DNA of 64,000 nt from Paragordius varius. Lineage: Eukaryota > Animalia > Nematomorpha. Below are positions 13,001 to 25,233 of this stretch, piece by piece. Location: NCBI GenBank assembly GCA_964247055.1, contig OZ176052.1, forward strand, positions 12,400,001 to 12,464,000, read 5' to 3'. The notes under the pieces were generated by a model. The model was not told the origin of the DNA. It saw only the letters and a list, made by a program, of their open reading frames with translations, and ran no database searches. Position numbers and translations under genes: made by a program. Numbering within the stretch: the first letter of the stretch is position 1; the number at the start of each line of letters is the position of its first letter.

Positions 13001-15573
13001 AGCATTTAACATTTAATAAAACTGTATAAATTTGAAGGCGATTATTTTATATAAATATTATAGAATAATAACTTATTTATTTATTAAATTTGAATTCCTT
13101 AAAAATTTTATTTTAACCTAAAGTCTTTGATACATACTAAATTTTTACTAGAGTTTAAATTAGCCAAAATTAAAAAACAAATACAAGATATGAATTTAAA
13201 TATAATTTGAATTTACAGGTCGTAAAGGCATGAAAACACACTTCCCACCAGCAATGTCGACCATCGGTTGATAACAATCAAAAAATGGTTCAATAATAAT
13301 CACCTAGAAAACAAAACAATAAAAATATAATTGAACCTTTAAATTATCTATAAATAATATCCAATAAATATATTCAATTCCAAAACTATCACTGTAATTA
13401 TTTCCAAAATATATCTTTAAAATTTAATGAATCACCCCATAGAATAAAAAATTAAAATGATCACCTCATCTCCAGGATTAACAAAGCCTTCGATAGCAAA
13501 ATAGAGGGAACCGTAAGCCCCAATAGTTACCAAAATATTTCGCATAGGGTCAATATCATGTTTCAACTTGGAAGAATATATTTTGGCTAAAGCATTAACT
13601 AAACGTGGGTGCCCCTAAAAACATGGCAATATATGGATTAAATCAAATGTGTTATATAATAAAAATATCTATCTAACAATAACCGAAAAATATGTACTTA
13701 TATCCATATATAACACTAGACAACAAATTTTTTCTCCACTCGAGTTTTTTGCATTTTTTGATATTTAATATCATTTTAACAGTAAATCTGAAATAAAAAT
13801 TATAACTCGTTGGAAGAATTTTGTATAATTTGATTTTTTAGATTATGCGCCCTCTTTATCAAAATTTTACTAAAAAATGTTTTTCTTTGAAAGTATACAA
13901 GTAATGCCCATTTGTAATATATCATTCGAAAGAGTAATAAAAACTCTATAAAATGTATACTAATATGTATTACATCGACAGTTAATATTGGACACAAAGA
14001 GCGACAAACGCGCGAAGCGAGAGCATTTTTTTTAATTATAATATTTTTAAAACTAATAGATGAAAATAGCTCAAACTTTGTTTAGATGGAGATGAATGTC
14101 CAAAAAAGATAACACAAGAAAGTTTTTTTTGATTAAAACATTTTTTATTGCTTTTATGTCACTCAAAACAGCCATTTTTAAGTTTTTTGTTTTTTAAAAA
14201 TTACCATCTCATCAATATTAATTTATTTTCTATACAAGGCTGATAATTTCGAAAATTTAAAAATAAAAACAAAGTTTAAGGTATTTTTGATCTTTTATAG
14301 CCATTATGTAATAAATTTACAGTTATAACTATGCATTTTAGTATCCACTAGGTAAAATATTTATGATAATTATAATTTTTATTAAAAAAGCAAACCAAAA
14401 GCTTTTCCAAACATTTTTTTTAAATTAAATACTAATATAACCCTAATAATAATATTAAAATAATTTAAATGATTTAAAAATTAGTTTGTCTGTGAAAATT
14501 CCTGACTTATTTAAGGGTTGAAAATTTTGACCATTTAAATCCAAATAACTTTTACATCCGGTGGATTTAATTGACTTACTACCATTTAAAAGATGCAGTT
14601 TTTTGCGCTCTTTCGAATGATATAAAATACATGGCTTCATATCTAAAACTTTAAATTTATGAAATTTCGAGTTTAATGTTAAATCGGGGTCAAAAATTAT
14701 CGATAAACTCTAATATAAAAAAATTCTTTCATGTAGGACCAATTTTCTTTTCAGATATACTAATTATGTACTTTAATGAAATAAATTTTAAATTTACAAG
14801 AATGGCTGTTAAAAAAAGTTAAAATTTGTTGTCTAGTGTAATTAAATGTTAAATGTATTAATAACGCTTAGTACGAAATTCTTTTCGGTCAAATTTATAG
14901 ATCATTATTTATTGATATATAAAAAACATTATGAATTCATCATGAGGATTAATTTAATTAGGCGATATTTTTTACTTTTTTCGAAAATCAGGCTCAGTTT
15001 ACCTATTTACGTAATTAAATAAAGAAATATATTCATAGCCTTAAAAACACAATATTTATTTGCATATAAAGTAAAAACTTTTCAGGAAAGTAATACTAAT
15101 TAATATTATTTTCATAAATGTACATAATAAATAAAGTAGTTTTAAGTAAAAAAATAGGTGCCAAAATATATCTTCATATGGTATATATTGAATTATAGTT
15201 AACACTTTTCTATATGTATTAAGCCAAATATTTGAAATATTTACATGTTAATAACTGATAAAAATTATATCAAGTCACGTTTTATTTATTAGTTTTAATA
15301 ATAAAAAACTTACAAAGCCACGAGTGTATTGAAATATATATGGATTCTTATAATTTTTATGATCTTCTATGGCTTCTAACATATGCTTTGGGATAACTTC
15401 ATAATCGGCAAACCCTTGTCCCAAGTTTACAGCCTTATTTTTGTTGGCTAATGCCACGTGTTTTATCCTTACAAGATTACTATTAATTTACCAAACGTTT
15501 GACTGCCAATCTTCATATTTAGGATTTAAATTAAATTTCTAAGATTTTTATAAATTTATACATCTATGGACAT
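10046..15573 (-). CDS. KYAT: Kynurenine-oxoglutarate transaminase / glutamine transaminase K (class I PLP aminotransferase), 12 exons
   Basis: Spliced: MSID|[16 protein letters not shown]|[28 protein letters not shown]|[13 protein letters not shown]..|[11 protein letters not shown]..|..[11 protein letters not shown]|[11 protein letters not shown]..|[26 protein letters not shown]|LGW..|..[10 protein letters not shown]..|..[16 protein letters not shown]|[15 protein letters not shown]. The PLP lysine is intact. Confidence 0.93.
12550..12729. mobile_element. Tc1/mariner-like MITE (180 bp, palindromic), intronic
   Basis: TA|CAGTATGCATTTT...AAAATGCATACTG|TA; the same family occurs at 21444-21603. 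Confidence 0.8.
13714..14838. mobile_element. CMC (Chapaev3-like) non-autonomous DNA transposon in a KYAT intron
   Basis: 18-bp TIR CACTAGACAACAAATTTT/AAAATTTGTTGTCTAGTG; 3-bp TSD TAA/TAA; internal sequence shared (inverted) with 41790-42200. Confidence 0.8.
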
Positions 15574-15844
15574 TGTGGTATGAGGGAAAGGGTGTGGCTG
15601 TCTGATAGCATATGAAAATCTTCTCAAACCACAGTAGAGTCGTGCATGAAAAAGCATTTACATCACAATCTGTTTTTTAATTTATATGTTTTAATAAAAG
15701 TATAAATATATATTATGTTTGTTATGTATAAACAAAATTGGGGTACTCTTTAAGAATCGATTAAATCTTTTAATGATAAGTTTCTCACGTTTAATATTTT
15801 TATAATTTAAAGTTAGTTGTGTTAATAATTAAAGCATAATACTA

Positions 15845-17489
15845 CACTGTGTGAAAAAAGAGGGTATTTAACAAAAAAACTTTTTGACATAGCTTTTGAC
15901 TATATTCCGCAAATATTTTTATTTTTTGACGACTTAGTTTTCGAAATATTAATAAAAAATCAATTTAGGATAAAAGAGATAGGGATAATTAAGGATAATT
16001 CAAAAGACAATTATAAAACTTGAGATATTATATATTAAATTTGAGGAGATATTTTGTCTAAATAGCCCAAAAACACATAGCTGGGAAATTGCGCCTTTCT
16101 TCTAACCACTCAAAAACAATTTTTTTATAAAATATGTTAATCAAAAAATTGGCTTATCATAACCCAGACTAAATTTAAATTATTATTTTCGAAAAACTAA
16201 TGAAGAAACGGTTTTAATTTAAATTTATGGCTCTATCATAATTAAATTTATGTAAAAAACCCAAAATATCTAAATAAAATTTTGTTTTGAAAATAAAGTT
16301 ACATGTCAAACTATTTGGACGCCATTTTTATTTCACAAAATTTTTGGAAAATATCGTGTTTATTTAATTCTAACGTTAAAATTAAAGATTTTTATTTAAA
16401 TTACATCTAACATTGATAGAAATCAAAAATGTGATGTATTATATTTCAATTTAGCCAATGCACACATGTTCGTTGACTAAATTTTTACTTTTGGGTTGTA
16501 TCTTAGAAAAATAGTATCATTAATTTTGAATAAATATTTTTATATATTTCGGTTTATTAATATTATATAAGTGCAAAATTTTACCATGGTTTCTATTCCT
16601 TCCATATTCTTTACGGATTGAATTTTAAACAGGCCTGGGGTATCAAACTACCACAATTTGAATCAAAGGACGAAAATGAATGTGTTGTATAAAAGTGTTA
16701 AAATAATTTTTTTTAATTATTTGCCAGCTAAACTTAAAAACTTAACTAAAAAAAATTAAAAAATGTTGTTTTTTATTTTTTCATTTTATTGTTATTTGGT
16801 TTATGAGTAAATAAAAAATTTATACTGTTTTATTTTGGTATTTCAGTGATAAAATATATAATTTATGCAAAATAGGAAAAAGTAGCGGAATATCAACCAA
16901 CAATATCCCCGTAACAAATTTGTTTTACAAAAATTAATATTTTTGCTGGGATATCTACGGAATTTCGGTTGCTAATACTTGTAAATCGTATTTTGTATTA
17001 ATTTTCATGTAAGATTCCAAAATATCACAGTAATTATCTAACTCATATACCAGACAAAAAATGAAAAAATAAAACAATACTTAGTTTTATTTTGATATAT
17101 AAGTTTTTTTATTGAATAAAATATGAGTGTTAAGATTTTAATAGTGAGTTTAGCTGGTTATTAATTAAAAAAATTATTATATAGTTTCATATTTTATTTT
17201 TTTAAGTAGATTAAAAACGTAATTTTTTTATCTGAGTTTTTAAAGCCCTAACTATATAGTTTTAGGCAATAAATTGTATTCTGCTAAAATGATAATTCTT
17301 AATAAATAGGTTTTATCATTATTTTTTAAATTATCCCAATTATGCTTAATTTTTACATTTTTCCCAATTTCGATTTTTCAATATTTCATAATCTAAATCG
17401 TAAACAAATAAATTTTTTTACGGCAAATGGATTTCACAAGCTATCTCAAAAAAGGACCATTATGTTAAAAATTTTTTTTGCACACAGTG
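15845..17489. mobile_element. CMC/Chapaev3-like non-autonomous element containing a nested piggyBac-like MITE
   Basis: TIR CACTGTGTGAAAAAA / TTTTTTGCACACAGTG; flanks CTA/TTA. Confidence 0.6.
16140..16697. mobile_element. piggyBac-like MITE (left end decayed)
   Basis: Homologous to 48102-48518 and 50422-50953; ends AAGTG|TTAA. Confidence 0.65.
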
Positions 17490-18492
17490 TTATTCACAGA
17501 TCGGAAAATCTTTAGAAAGGAAGAAATGGTATATATCGATTTAACCTAGATATTCCAGAATTTTTATTTTCACACACACTCCATTTTTTAAACCAATTAT
17601 AAAACTATTTAGGAAAAGGGTTGTAAAATCTTTTAAATCCGTTTAACTCTGAATTTAAGCCTTTTTACGCAATTTTATATTAATTAAGGTTTGAATAACT
17701 TTTTTTTATAAAATAATTTGAAATAAGGAATGTAGAGATAAGGGATGTTGTTTCCCAGGTTAAAAAAATGCTTAAAAAAAGGGATTTTATGCAATTTTTT
17801 AATTCTGATTTCGATTATTATTATTTATAAAAATGATCATTTTGATACAATGTGAAGGAAAAACTCCTGGAAAAGCGTATAAGCTAAAAAATATAGTTAT
17901 TCTAAAATCAAAAAAATTAAGCAAAATAATATGGGAAAAAATATAAAAATAGGATGATTATATTGTATTAAAGCTAAGAACAATATGGAACCGACGTTGG
18001 AGTTGTTTGTGGAATAGTTTTGGAACAGTTTTAAAAAGCAGAAATATTTGGTTCCGGTTTCCATTACACGGTTACGATCATAATCTACAATATTATTTAT
18101 TGGTAAGAAAATTAGTTTTCAATCACAAATATTTTACTAAGCTTTATATGAAACATAGTTTGGTCGGTATAAATAATATGCAAACTTGTTAATTCGGTAT
18201 TAATATTTGGCTAAAAAGTTAGAACTATTAATCCAAACTTAAATGCGAATTTGTTTTTTATAAAAACCTTAAGGGGCTTAACAGGCATATTTACATATAA
18301 CTGATGAAATAAATAACATATCACTCTTGTAAAATTATTGATTCAAATACAATAATCAATAATATTGTGAAAATACCGCTTTAAAATATATATCTAAAAT
18401 ATTATTACATAATACATATATTCAATGCGAAAATTATTGTGTATTTCTAATATCACAATCATTTTTGTTTCTCATCACTAAAATCTGAAATA

Positions 18493-19318
18493 TCAAAATA
18501 TAAAAGAAATTAAGCCAATCGTTGTTAACATTGCTCCGATTGGTGTGATGATAGATCGTGATGAAAGTTGCAACAAACTGTACGCATAACAACTGCCAGA
18601 AAATCCAAACATGCCCACCAACAAAAGCAGACCACTCTAAAAAGTATAATTATTAACTACAGTTAATCCCCCTGCCTTCCATATTGATTTGGTGCTCTGG
18701 TAATAATCATTTTAAAATAAATAAAACTAATGGGCACATGTTAATTATTATGAATTTTTTTTAAGTTGTTCATAGGTAGCAAGAAATAATTTTAAAAATA
18801 GAATTTAATCATTTTATATTAAAGAATATTTATAGAATATCCTAAATTTTTTAAAAAAACTGAATATTATACTAGATATACTTAAAAAAAATGCAATTTC
18901 TATTTTTCTTAAAAAAGGATCATGATGTGAAATTATTTTCCCCATAATTGGGTAAATATGGGGGGATACTGCACTGTAAAACTCACATATTTATTTTATC
19001 AAAATAAAATTCGTACCAATAATGGTTTTCGACTAAACGGGACCAGCATCAGTGAAAATGAACTATAGAATTGAAATGTATTGGCCGTATCATATATCTA
19101 ACATTTATATTATATACATGAAATGATAAACTTTTTTAAGGTTTTCTTCAATATTTTTCTCGTGTATTACTAAAATTTTAAATTTATATACCATGTGTTC
19201 CATAAGCTGCCAATAAATGCGCCAAAGCCCCGAAAATAGCTCCCAAAATAAGAAATGTACGAGAAGCTTTATTTATATTAAATTGGTTAATTTGATGATT
19301 ATCCTGAACAAGTTTCAT
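18493..19318 (-). CDS. TMEM256: TMEM256/DUF423-family membrane protein, paralog 1 (exons 19192-19318, 19132-19169, 19017-19097, 18493-18636)
   Basis: ..RTFLILGAIFGALAHLLAAYGTH|VIHEKNIEENLKK|IYDTANTFQFYSSFSLMLVPFSRKPLL|SGLLLLVGMFGFSGSCY..ITPIGAMLTTIGLISFIF*. This has the TMEM256 pattern AAYGxH...A...RKP...G..FSG..Y..TP.GG. Confidence 0.85.
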
Positions 19319-20906
19319 CGTTGATAGAACGTAAAAAAATGTGTAAATATTATTTGTCTCAAAATTTGCTGAGGGCTGTATATTATTATATCATAAGTAA
19401 TTTAAATGATGTTGTATGCTGAATTATGGGTTATAATTTGGACATTTACTATAAATTTATAATAAAATTATGTTTAGCAAAATCGTATATTATATTTATT
19501 TGAGTTTCACAAGTTATTATCACAGTTCAAAATTAGTTATTCAACGAAATTAATTTGCTTTATATTGACTGAGCATTGTGCTGATAGAGAAAATTTCTAT
19601 TTGAAAACTACCATAATTTTTTACAATAATATATTTGGCAGTGGGTAGGCATTGGAAGGCTAAGAGTGAAGGATATCTATAAATCTCATTACTCTCGGGT
19701 GTTTAATAAAAAAATATTTTAAAAAAACCCATTTTTTATAAAAAATTATCTATAATATTTGGCTTTTAAATCGTTGAAATAGGGATTTCTAATTTTGTTC
19801 TTTCAATTGAAACAAGAACCGTTGTGTTAAAATATAAGATGATTTAGCCAAGCTTTATGCGATGCAAAAACCTTTATAATACTACTTTTTAAAACATCTC
19901 TAAAAATTTAATTTTTTACTAAATGAGAGGCGTATTTTAAATTTCCGGTTTGAATTTTAGTGTAGCATATAACAAAATTAAGATTATAGCAAAAAATATT
20001 TTAAAAATATTTAACACTGTACATTCCAATTTTCCTCTATGGGTTAGTGTTCATAATTTCGTCTAGAATTTCTGTGTGTTTCTTATTTACGCTGATAAAT
20101 AGTAAACTTTTTATTTGCAAGTCTATCACAAAGTCGCATAGGTTAAACTACCGCATATTCAACATGTAATAAAGGCATTTTGTGTATTAGATAAAAAAAA
20201 TTTTTTGGTGGGATAAAACAAATTTTTTACCCTTTTCATTGCTTATTTATTTTATTTTAATAGTAAATTTTTTTACTGCATCTACAACATAGTGTTGATA
20301 TAATATAAGAAGTTTTTTTAAGTTTAATTATGGTAACCAAATATCTTCGATTTTGTTCTGTGTAAAATTAAAATTTCTTTGAGACTGCTTTAGGTGTATT
20401 CAAAGCAGCAGATCAATACTTATTGAAAATTCTGGGAAGTATAATAATAATTAGATTAAGCATAAGTATGATTTAATGATTAAAATACCAGTTACAAGAA
20501 AATTATTTTTACAAAATGAGAATGGGATAAACAAAAAATTTGGTTTAAATATGTGTCGAAATGTTTGAAACTCTTTTCATATCATTTGTAATACAAAATG
20601 CGTTTTGGGATATTTTTACAAAATCCTTCTCTCCAGATTATTTGATAGAACAGTTAAAAGTTAGATAATTTTTTTGACGTATTATAATCAATAAACTTTG
20701 CAATTGTCGAGAGATAAATTAAGTTTAACTGAAAAGCGCTAAATATGTTATATTTTAACGGTTGCAAAACCATACTTTATCTTATTATAAAATATTTTAA
20801 AGATATTTGCTGTTATAAACGACAATTTCCCGACATAAACTATCAAACGTATAAAAATAACAAAAAACGATATATTTAACCAAATATTAAACAATCTTTA
20901 ACAGAT

Positions 20907-21189
20907 CAGGGGTGTCCAACACGTGGCAGGGGGCAGCATTAGGCCCGTAAAAAATTTGAAAATCATTTGCAAATCTATGCTCTGGTAAAATATTATTTAT
21001 GAAACAATTTTCTAAAAGAGTCTATCCATTGGTAAGAACTAAAAAAATGTATTGTGTTTGTATTTTATAGTCTTATGCTTAATATCTAATAAAATATTTA
21101 TGAATGCCCATATATATTTTAAATGCGGCCCGCCTGTTTTCTTGAGTCAAAAGGGCGGCCTACGAAGCTATTTGTGTTGGACATCTCTG
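20907..21189. mobile_element. hAT (Charlie/Buster-like) MITE
   Basis: CAGGGGTGTCCAACAC...GTGTTGGACATCTCTG termini; internal GCGGCCCG motifs. Confidence 0.75.
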
Positions 21190-21443
21190 GTAGAGATTGA
21201 TCATGTTATCTAGTGATTATAAAAAAAGATTTTAGTACTATCATTTATTTTTTGGATTAAGCAACTATATAAAGAATAAATTGTGACAATATATAATATA
21301 GGTTAATGAATGATTTATAAAATATCCTAGAGAGCATAAAGTTTAATGGCATTAAAAATAGAACATAATATAAAATTAGATATATTATATTTGTAAATAA
21401 AAATTATATACGCAATTTGTATCAGTTTTTAAATTTTTAAATA

Positions 21444-21603
21444 CAGTATGCAATTCAATGGTTGCTTATTTCACAAGTTGTGTAATTTGCAACACAAGAG
21501 TGTATAGAAAAAATTGTTTATTCAACATTTTGTTGTTTCTTCCATAACTATTGCAAATCACCCAACTATAGTGTGAAATAAGAAACCATTAAAATGCATA
21601 CTG
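21444..21603. mobile_element. Tc1/mariner-like MITE (160 bp)
   Basis: TA|CAGTATGCA...TGCATACTG|TA; homologous to 12550-12729. Confidence 0.8.
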
Positions 21604-21668
21604 TAAATAAGAATTGGATTGTAATTGGCGAGACAGAGGAAGATAATCACATTTTTTTAAAATAAAAT

Positions 21669-22251
21669 TTACAAAACAAAAGAAAGTAATCCAAAGGTTG
21701 TCAACATAGCACCTATGGGAGTGATCATATATCGTGATTTGAGTTGCAAGAAAGTGTACATATAACAGCTGCCAGAAAATCCAAGCATTCCCATCAACAA
21801 AAGCATACCACTCTATAAGAAGATGAAAAAATTTTGATATAATATTATAATTACCAGAAGTGGTTTCCGACTAAATGGTACTAGCATCAGTGAAAAGGAA
21901 CTATAAAACTGAAATGTGTTTGCTGTATCATATATCTAGGCTATATTCATGAAATAAAACTTTTTTGAGATTGTCTTCAATATTTTCACCATGTATTTCT
22001 AAGAAAATGATTAACTTTTATAATATACTATGAGCTCCATAAGCAGCTAATACATGGGCCAAGGCGGCCGAACAAGCACCAATAATGACAAATGTGCGAC
22101 AAGTCTTATCCATATATAATTGTTTTATAAGGGGAAAATTATTATGCGTAATTTTTATTGCCTGTGGAGACCGTTTGTATGCGCCTAATGTGAGGTAATA
22201 CCAGGGATCTTGGGAAAATGAGTTAATAATTTTGCTAGCATATTTATCCAT
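21669..22251 (-). CDS. TMEM256: TMEM256/DUF423-family membrane protein, paralog 2 (exons 22029-22251, 21961-21998, 21855-21935, 21669-21812)
   Basis: Same exon structure and phases as paralog 1. ..RTFVIIGACSAALAHVLAAYGAH|KIHGENIEDNLKK|IYDTANTFQFYSSFSLMLVPFSRKPLL|SGMLLLMGMLGFSGSCY..ITPIGAMLTTFGLLSFVL*. Confidence 0.85.
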
Positions 22252-22366
22252 TTGTTTTTAAATGTGGGTAAAAGCGTGCATGCAAACTTTCTGTTGTTTC
22301 TGTCGATAACACAGGGTTCTCAAAAAATAACGTATTGATATTTTCTGATAGAATAATGTGATCAGA

Positions 22367-22629
22367 TAGGCTGCTTTTCGCAGTACAGTACTGGGTTTTC
22401 AAAAAAGAACTGCGCCTGTACTACGCCCACTTTTGTACCGCTTTTTAAAATTTCAAAAAATTAAATTTTACCTTTTATTTAGTCAAAATATTTTATATAG
22501 TACCCTCTCTAAAAATAACCCCATAATTTGTAAAGAAATGTTTATTTAGCGGAAAAAGATGGGCCTATTTAATTGGTTAATATATTATTTCCTGCTCGAA
22601 TTATACATAAAACTTAGGATTGCAGCCTT
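22367..22629. repeat. Dispersed repeat/MITE with short TAGGCTGC-type ends; second copy inverted at ~47520-47620
   Basis: About 100 bp of clear reverse-complement similarity (AGTACAGTACTG(G/A)GTTTTCA...CCCACTTTTGTA); no TSD seen. Confidence 0.5.
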
Positions 22630-23894
22630 TCGCGCGTGGCGAAATTATAAATCTCGGAGACCACCGTAAGATTCAGGCTAATGGCTCTTTAACTCAGGGC
22701 TCTCGAAAAAAGAAATTAAAAATTAACAAAATTAATTTTTTTAATAAATGGATGATCAGGTTTAGAAAGTTAATTTTTTATTATAATTTTTATCAAACGG
22801 AAAACTATATAGAAAATCGCTCCGTAACATATTATATAAAGGCATATGATTTCGAAATAATCATTTTTTCGTATAAAAAAATTAAGAGTTACTTACGTTT
22901 ACACTCATTACGTGAAAGGTATAATGTTTCTTAATTTTTTTCCTAACCTTTAATTTTTATTAGTTTTCTTATTTTGCATAAACAAATTTCAGATATTTTT
23001 TTGAAGCGTATTTCTAACGATTTTGAAGCATGATGGAAACGGTATAATGCTTTAAGATATAATAAAACCCTTTTTCCAAATATCGATGATGTTGAACCTT
23101 ACTATAGGTTCATTTGGTGAATATTTGTGAAAAACACAATTAATTTTTAACATAAATTTGAAAACGAGCGAATATTTTACACTGAGGAGATAAATATTTA
23201 ACATTATCGAATTATATATATAGATATATGGTATAGCATCTCAACCGTTTATATCGTTTCCATCAGGCTAATAGTGTGGAGTACGCGTCAACAAAATTTT
23301 GCTAAAATTAAAATTTGAATGTATGCATTTTTTAATAAATATATTTAGTTGATATCAAAATTTAGTATATATTTAAAATTATTACATAATGTCGGAATAT
23401 TTGCGTTTGTTTTAAGAGAACAGTCCATTTTAAAAGAGCCAAAAAATTTGGGACTTTCAGAGCCCACATCTAAAAATTCAAACCAAAAGCAGCATGATAT
23501 TCCGGATATTTTTCTATCAGAATCTATATATTTCATATGGATATTTTTTGTGGAAACTGTGTAAAATACCACATCGATGCTTTAAAAACAGGAAAAGTAT
23601 GTTTTAATTTTGTACTGCGTCAAAGTTCAAAATATCTGGTCACATTATGCTAGGAAAATGTACAGGATATGATGCTTTTGATTTTGGCCCTTACGAGAGA
23701 TATACAGTTGTTAATATTTTGTAATTACTCCATTCAAAAAATGGCGAAATTTGCGCACATTTTTATAGCTAATTTTTTTAAAAGTTTAATTCTTGGAAAT
23801 TTGGCTAAAATATCTCATAAATTACATATAAAAAGCAAAGCAATATGTTAAAAATTCAATTAATGGGAAAGCTCTGTACTCGATACAAGAACAA

Positions 23895-25190
23895 GCAAAA
23901 GCAGTGGTTGCTCTAGCTATCATGAGCTTTAAATAGCAAAAATCAAACTTAAAATCATTAAATAACGTTAAACATACATACAAATATGACACCCGAATTT
24001 CAAATAGTTTTAGATCTGAAACAAGAGATAGATTAGATAATGAATGTAGTTTTAAGCAAATATTAAAAATATTATTGAAAGGCAAAGGAAAAGTGCAAAT
24101 GGTAAAGAGGAAAGATAATAAATGGATGCCAGAAAAGAGTTTAGAGATAGTAGAAAAGCGGAGAAAAGTTAAATCATGGGGGGATAATAATATGGTTAAT
24201 ATACAAAGAATTTCAACGACAAACAAAGAAGAATTATGAATTTTTTTTTACAAAACAATGCCTGTAAGTGGAAATAAATAATAAAAAGGATTAATGCAGC
24301 CCAAATGACTAAATTATCCCAAAAAGTTAAAGATTGGCTCCATGTTGTGCAAACAAACGGAAGTACGAGAAAGATGGAGGGAATATACCCAAAACCTCTA
24401 TCAGGTCCCGAAAGTAAAAGGAATACTATTTAAAGGGAAGAACGTGATCCAAATATGATGAAAGACGTGGTTGAATTAGCCTAATTGTTTACAACAAAGT
24501 GATGGGATTGGACAATATCCTAATAGCATAAAAGCTATTCCTGTAGAACGTTACACAAGTTATGCTAAAAAGTGTAGCAGACATGTGCACGGCCAAAAGA
24601 CTTGATATCATTTGTATATCTCCCAATAAGCTTATTAATTAGCCACGCTAGTAAGGTCATGCTAAAAATACAAAACAGGATGCACAACATTATATAGTCA
24701 GAGATACCAGAAAATCAGGGTGGATTTATGAAGGGAAAAAGCACAAGAGACTATATATCAAACATGAAGAGTATACTGGAAACATCAGAGAATTTTTGAA
24801 AGAATTATATATCTTTTATCGATTACAAACAAGTTTTTGAATCAATAATTATGACTTGTGTGAAATCTCTCTATAAAAAACAAAGAGCAATTATTACAAC
24901 ATCAGCTGGGGACACAGAAGAAAACAAACATCCTGGAGATATTTCTAAGAACGTTAACATATTTTAGTCATGTCATGCGATCGAATTCTCTAGAGAAAGA
25001 TACAATGTTTGGGAAGGAGGAAGGGCAAAGGAAACGCCGATCAACAATGGGGTGGTTGGACATGATAAAAGGTGAGACTAAGTTGACATTGAACGATCTC
25101 AATATAGCGGTAAAAAATAGAAAGAAGTGGAAATAAATAGTGAAAACTATATAGAAAAATCGTTTACAAGTTAAGAGTAACCAGCCAACT
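23895..25190 (+). mobile_element. Degraded RTE/BovB-like non-LTR retrotransposon with internal deletion
   Basis: Broken frames encode SSYHEL.IAKIKLK, ..LISHASKVMLKI, ENQGGFMKGKSTRDYISNM, IDYKQVF, YFSHVMR..LEKD.MFG...G.RKR....W.D.IK. These are BovB/RTE hallmark motifs; the YADD region is missing. Confidence 0.8.
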
Positions 25191-25233
25191 ATATTACTAA
25201 TTTTAAACTCTGTAATAAATATTTTCTCTATAC

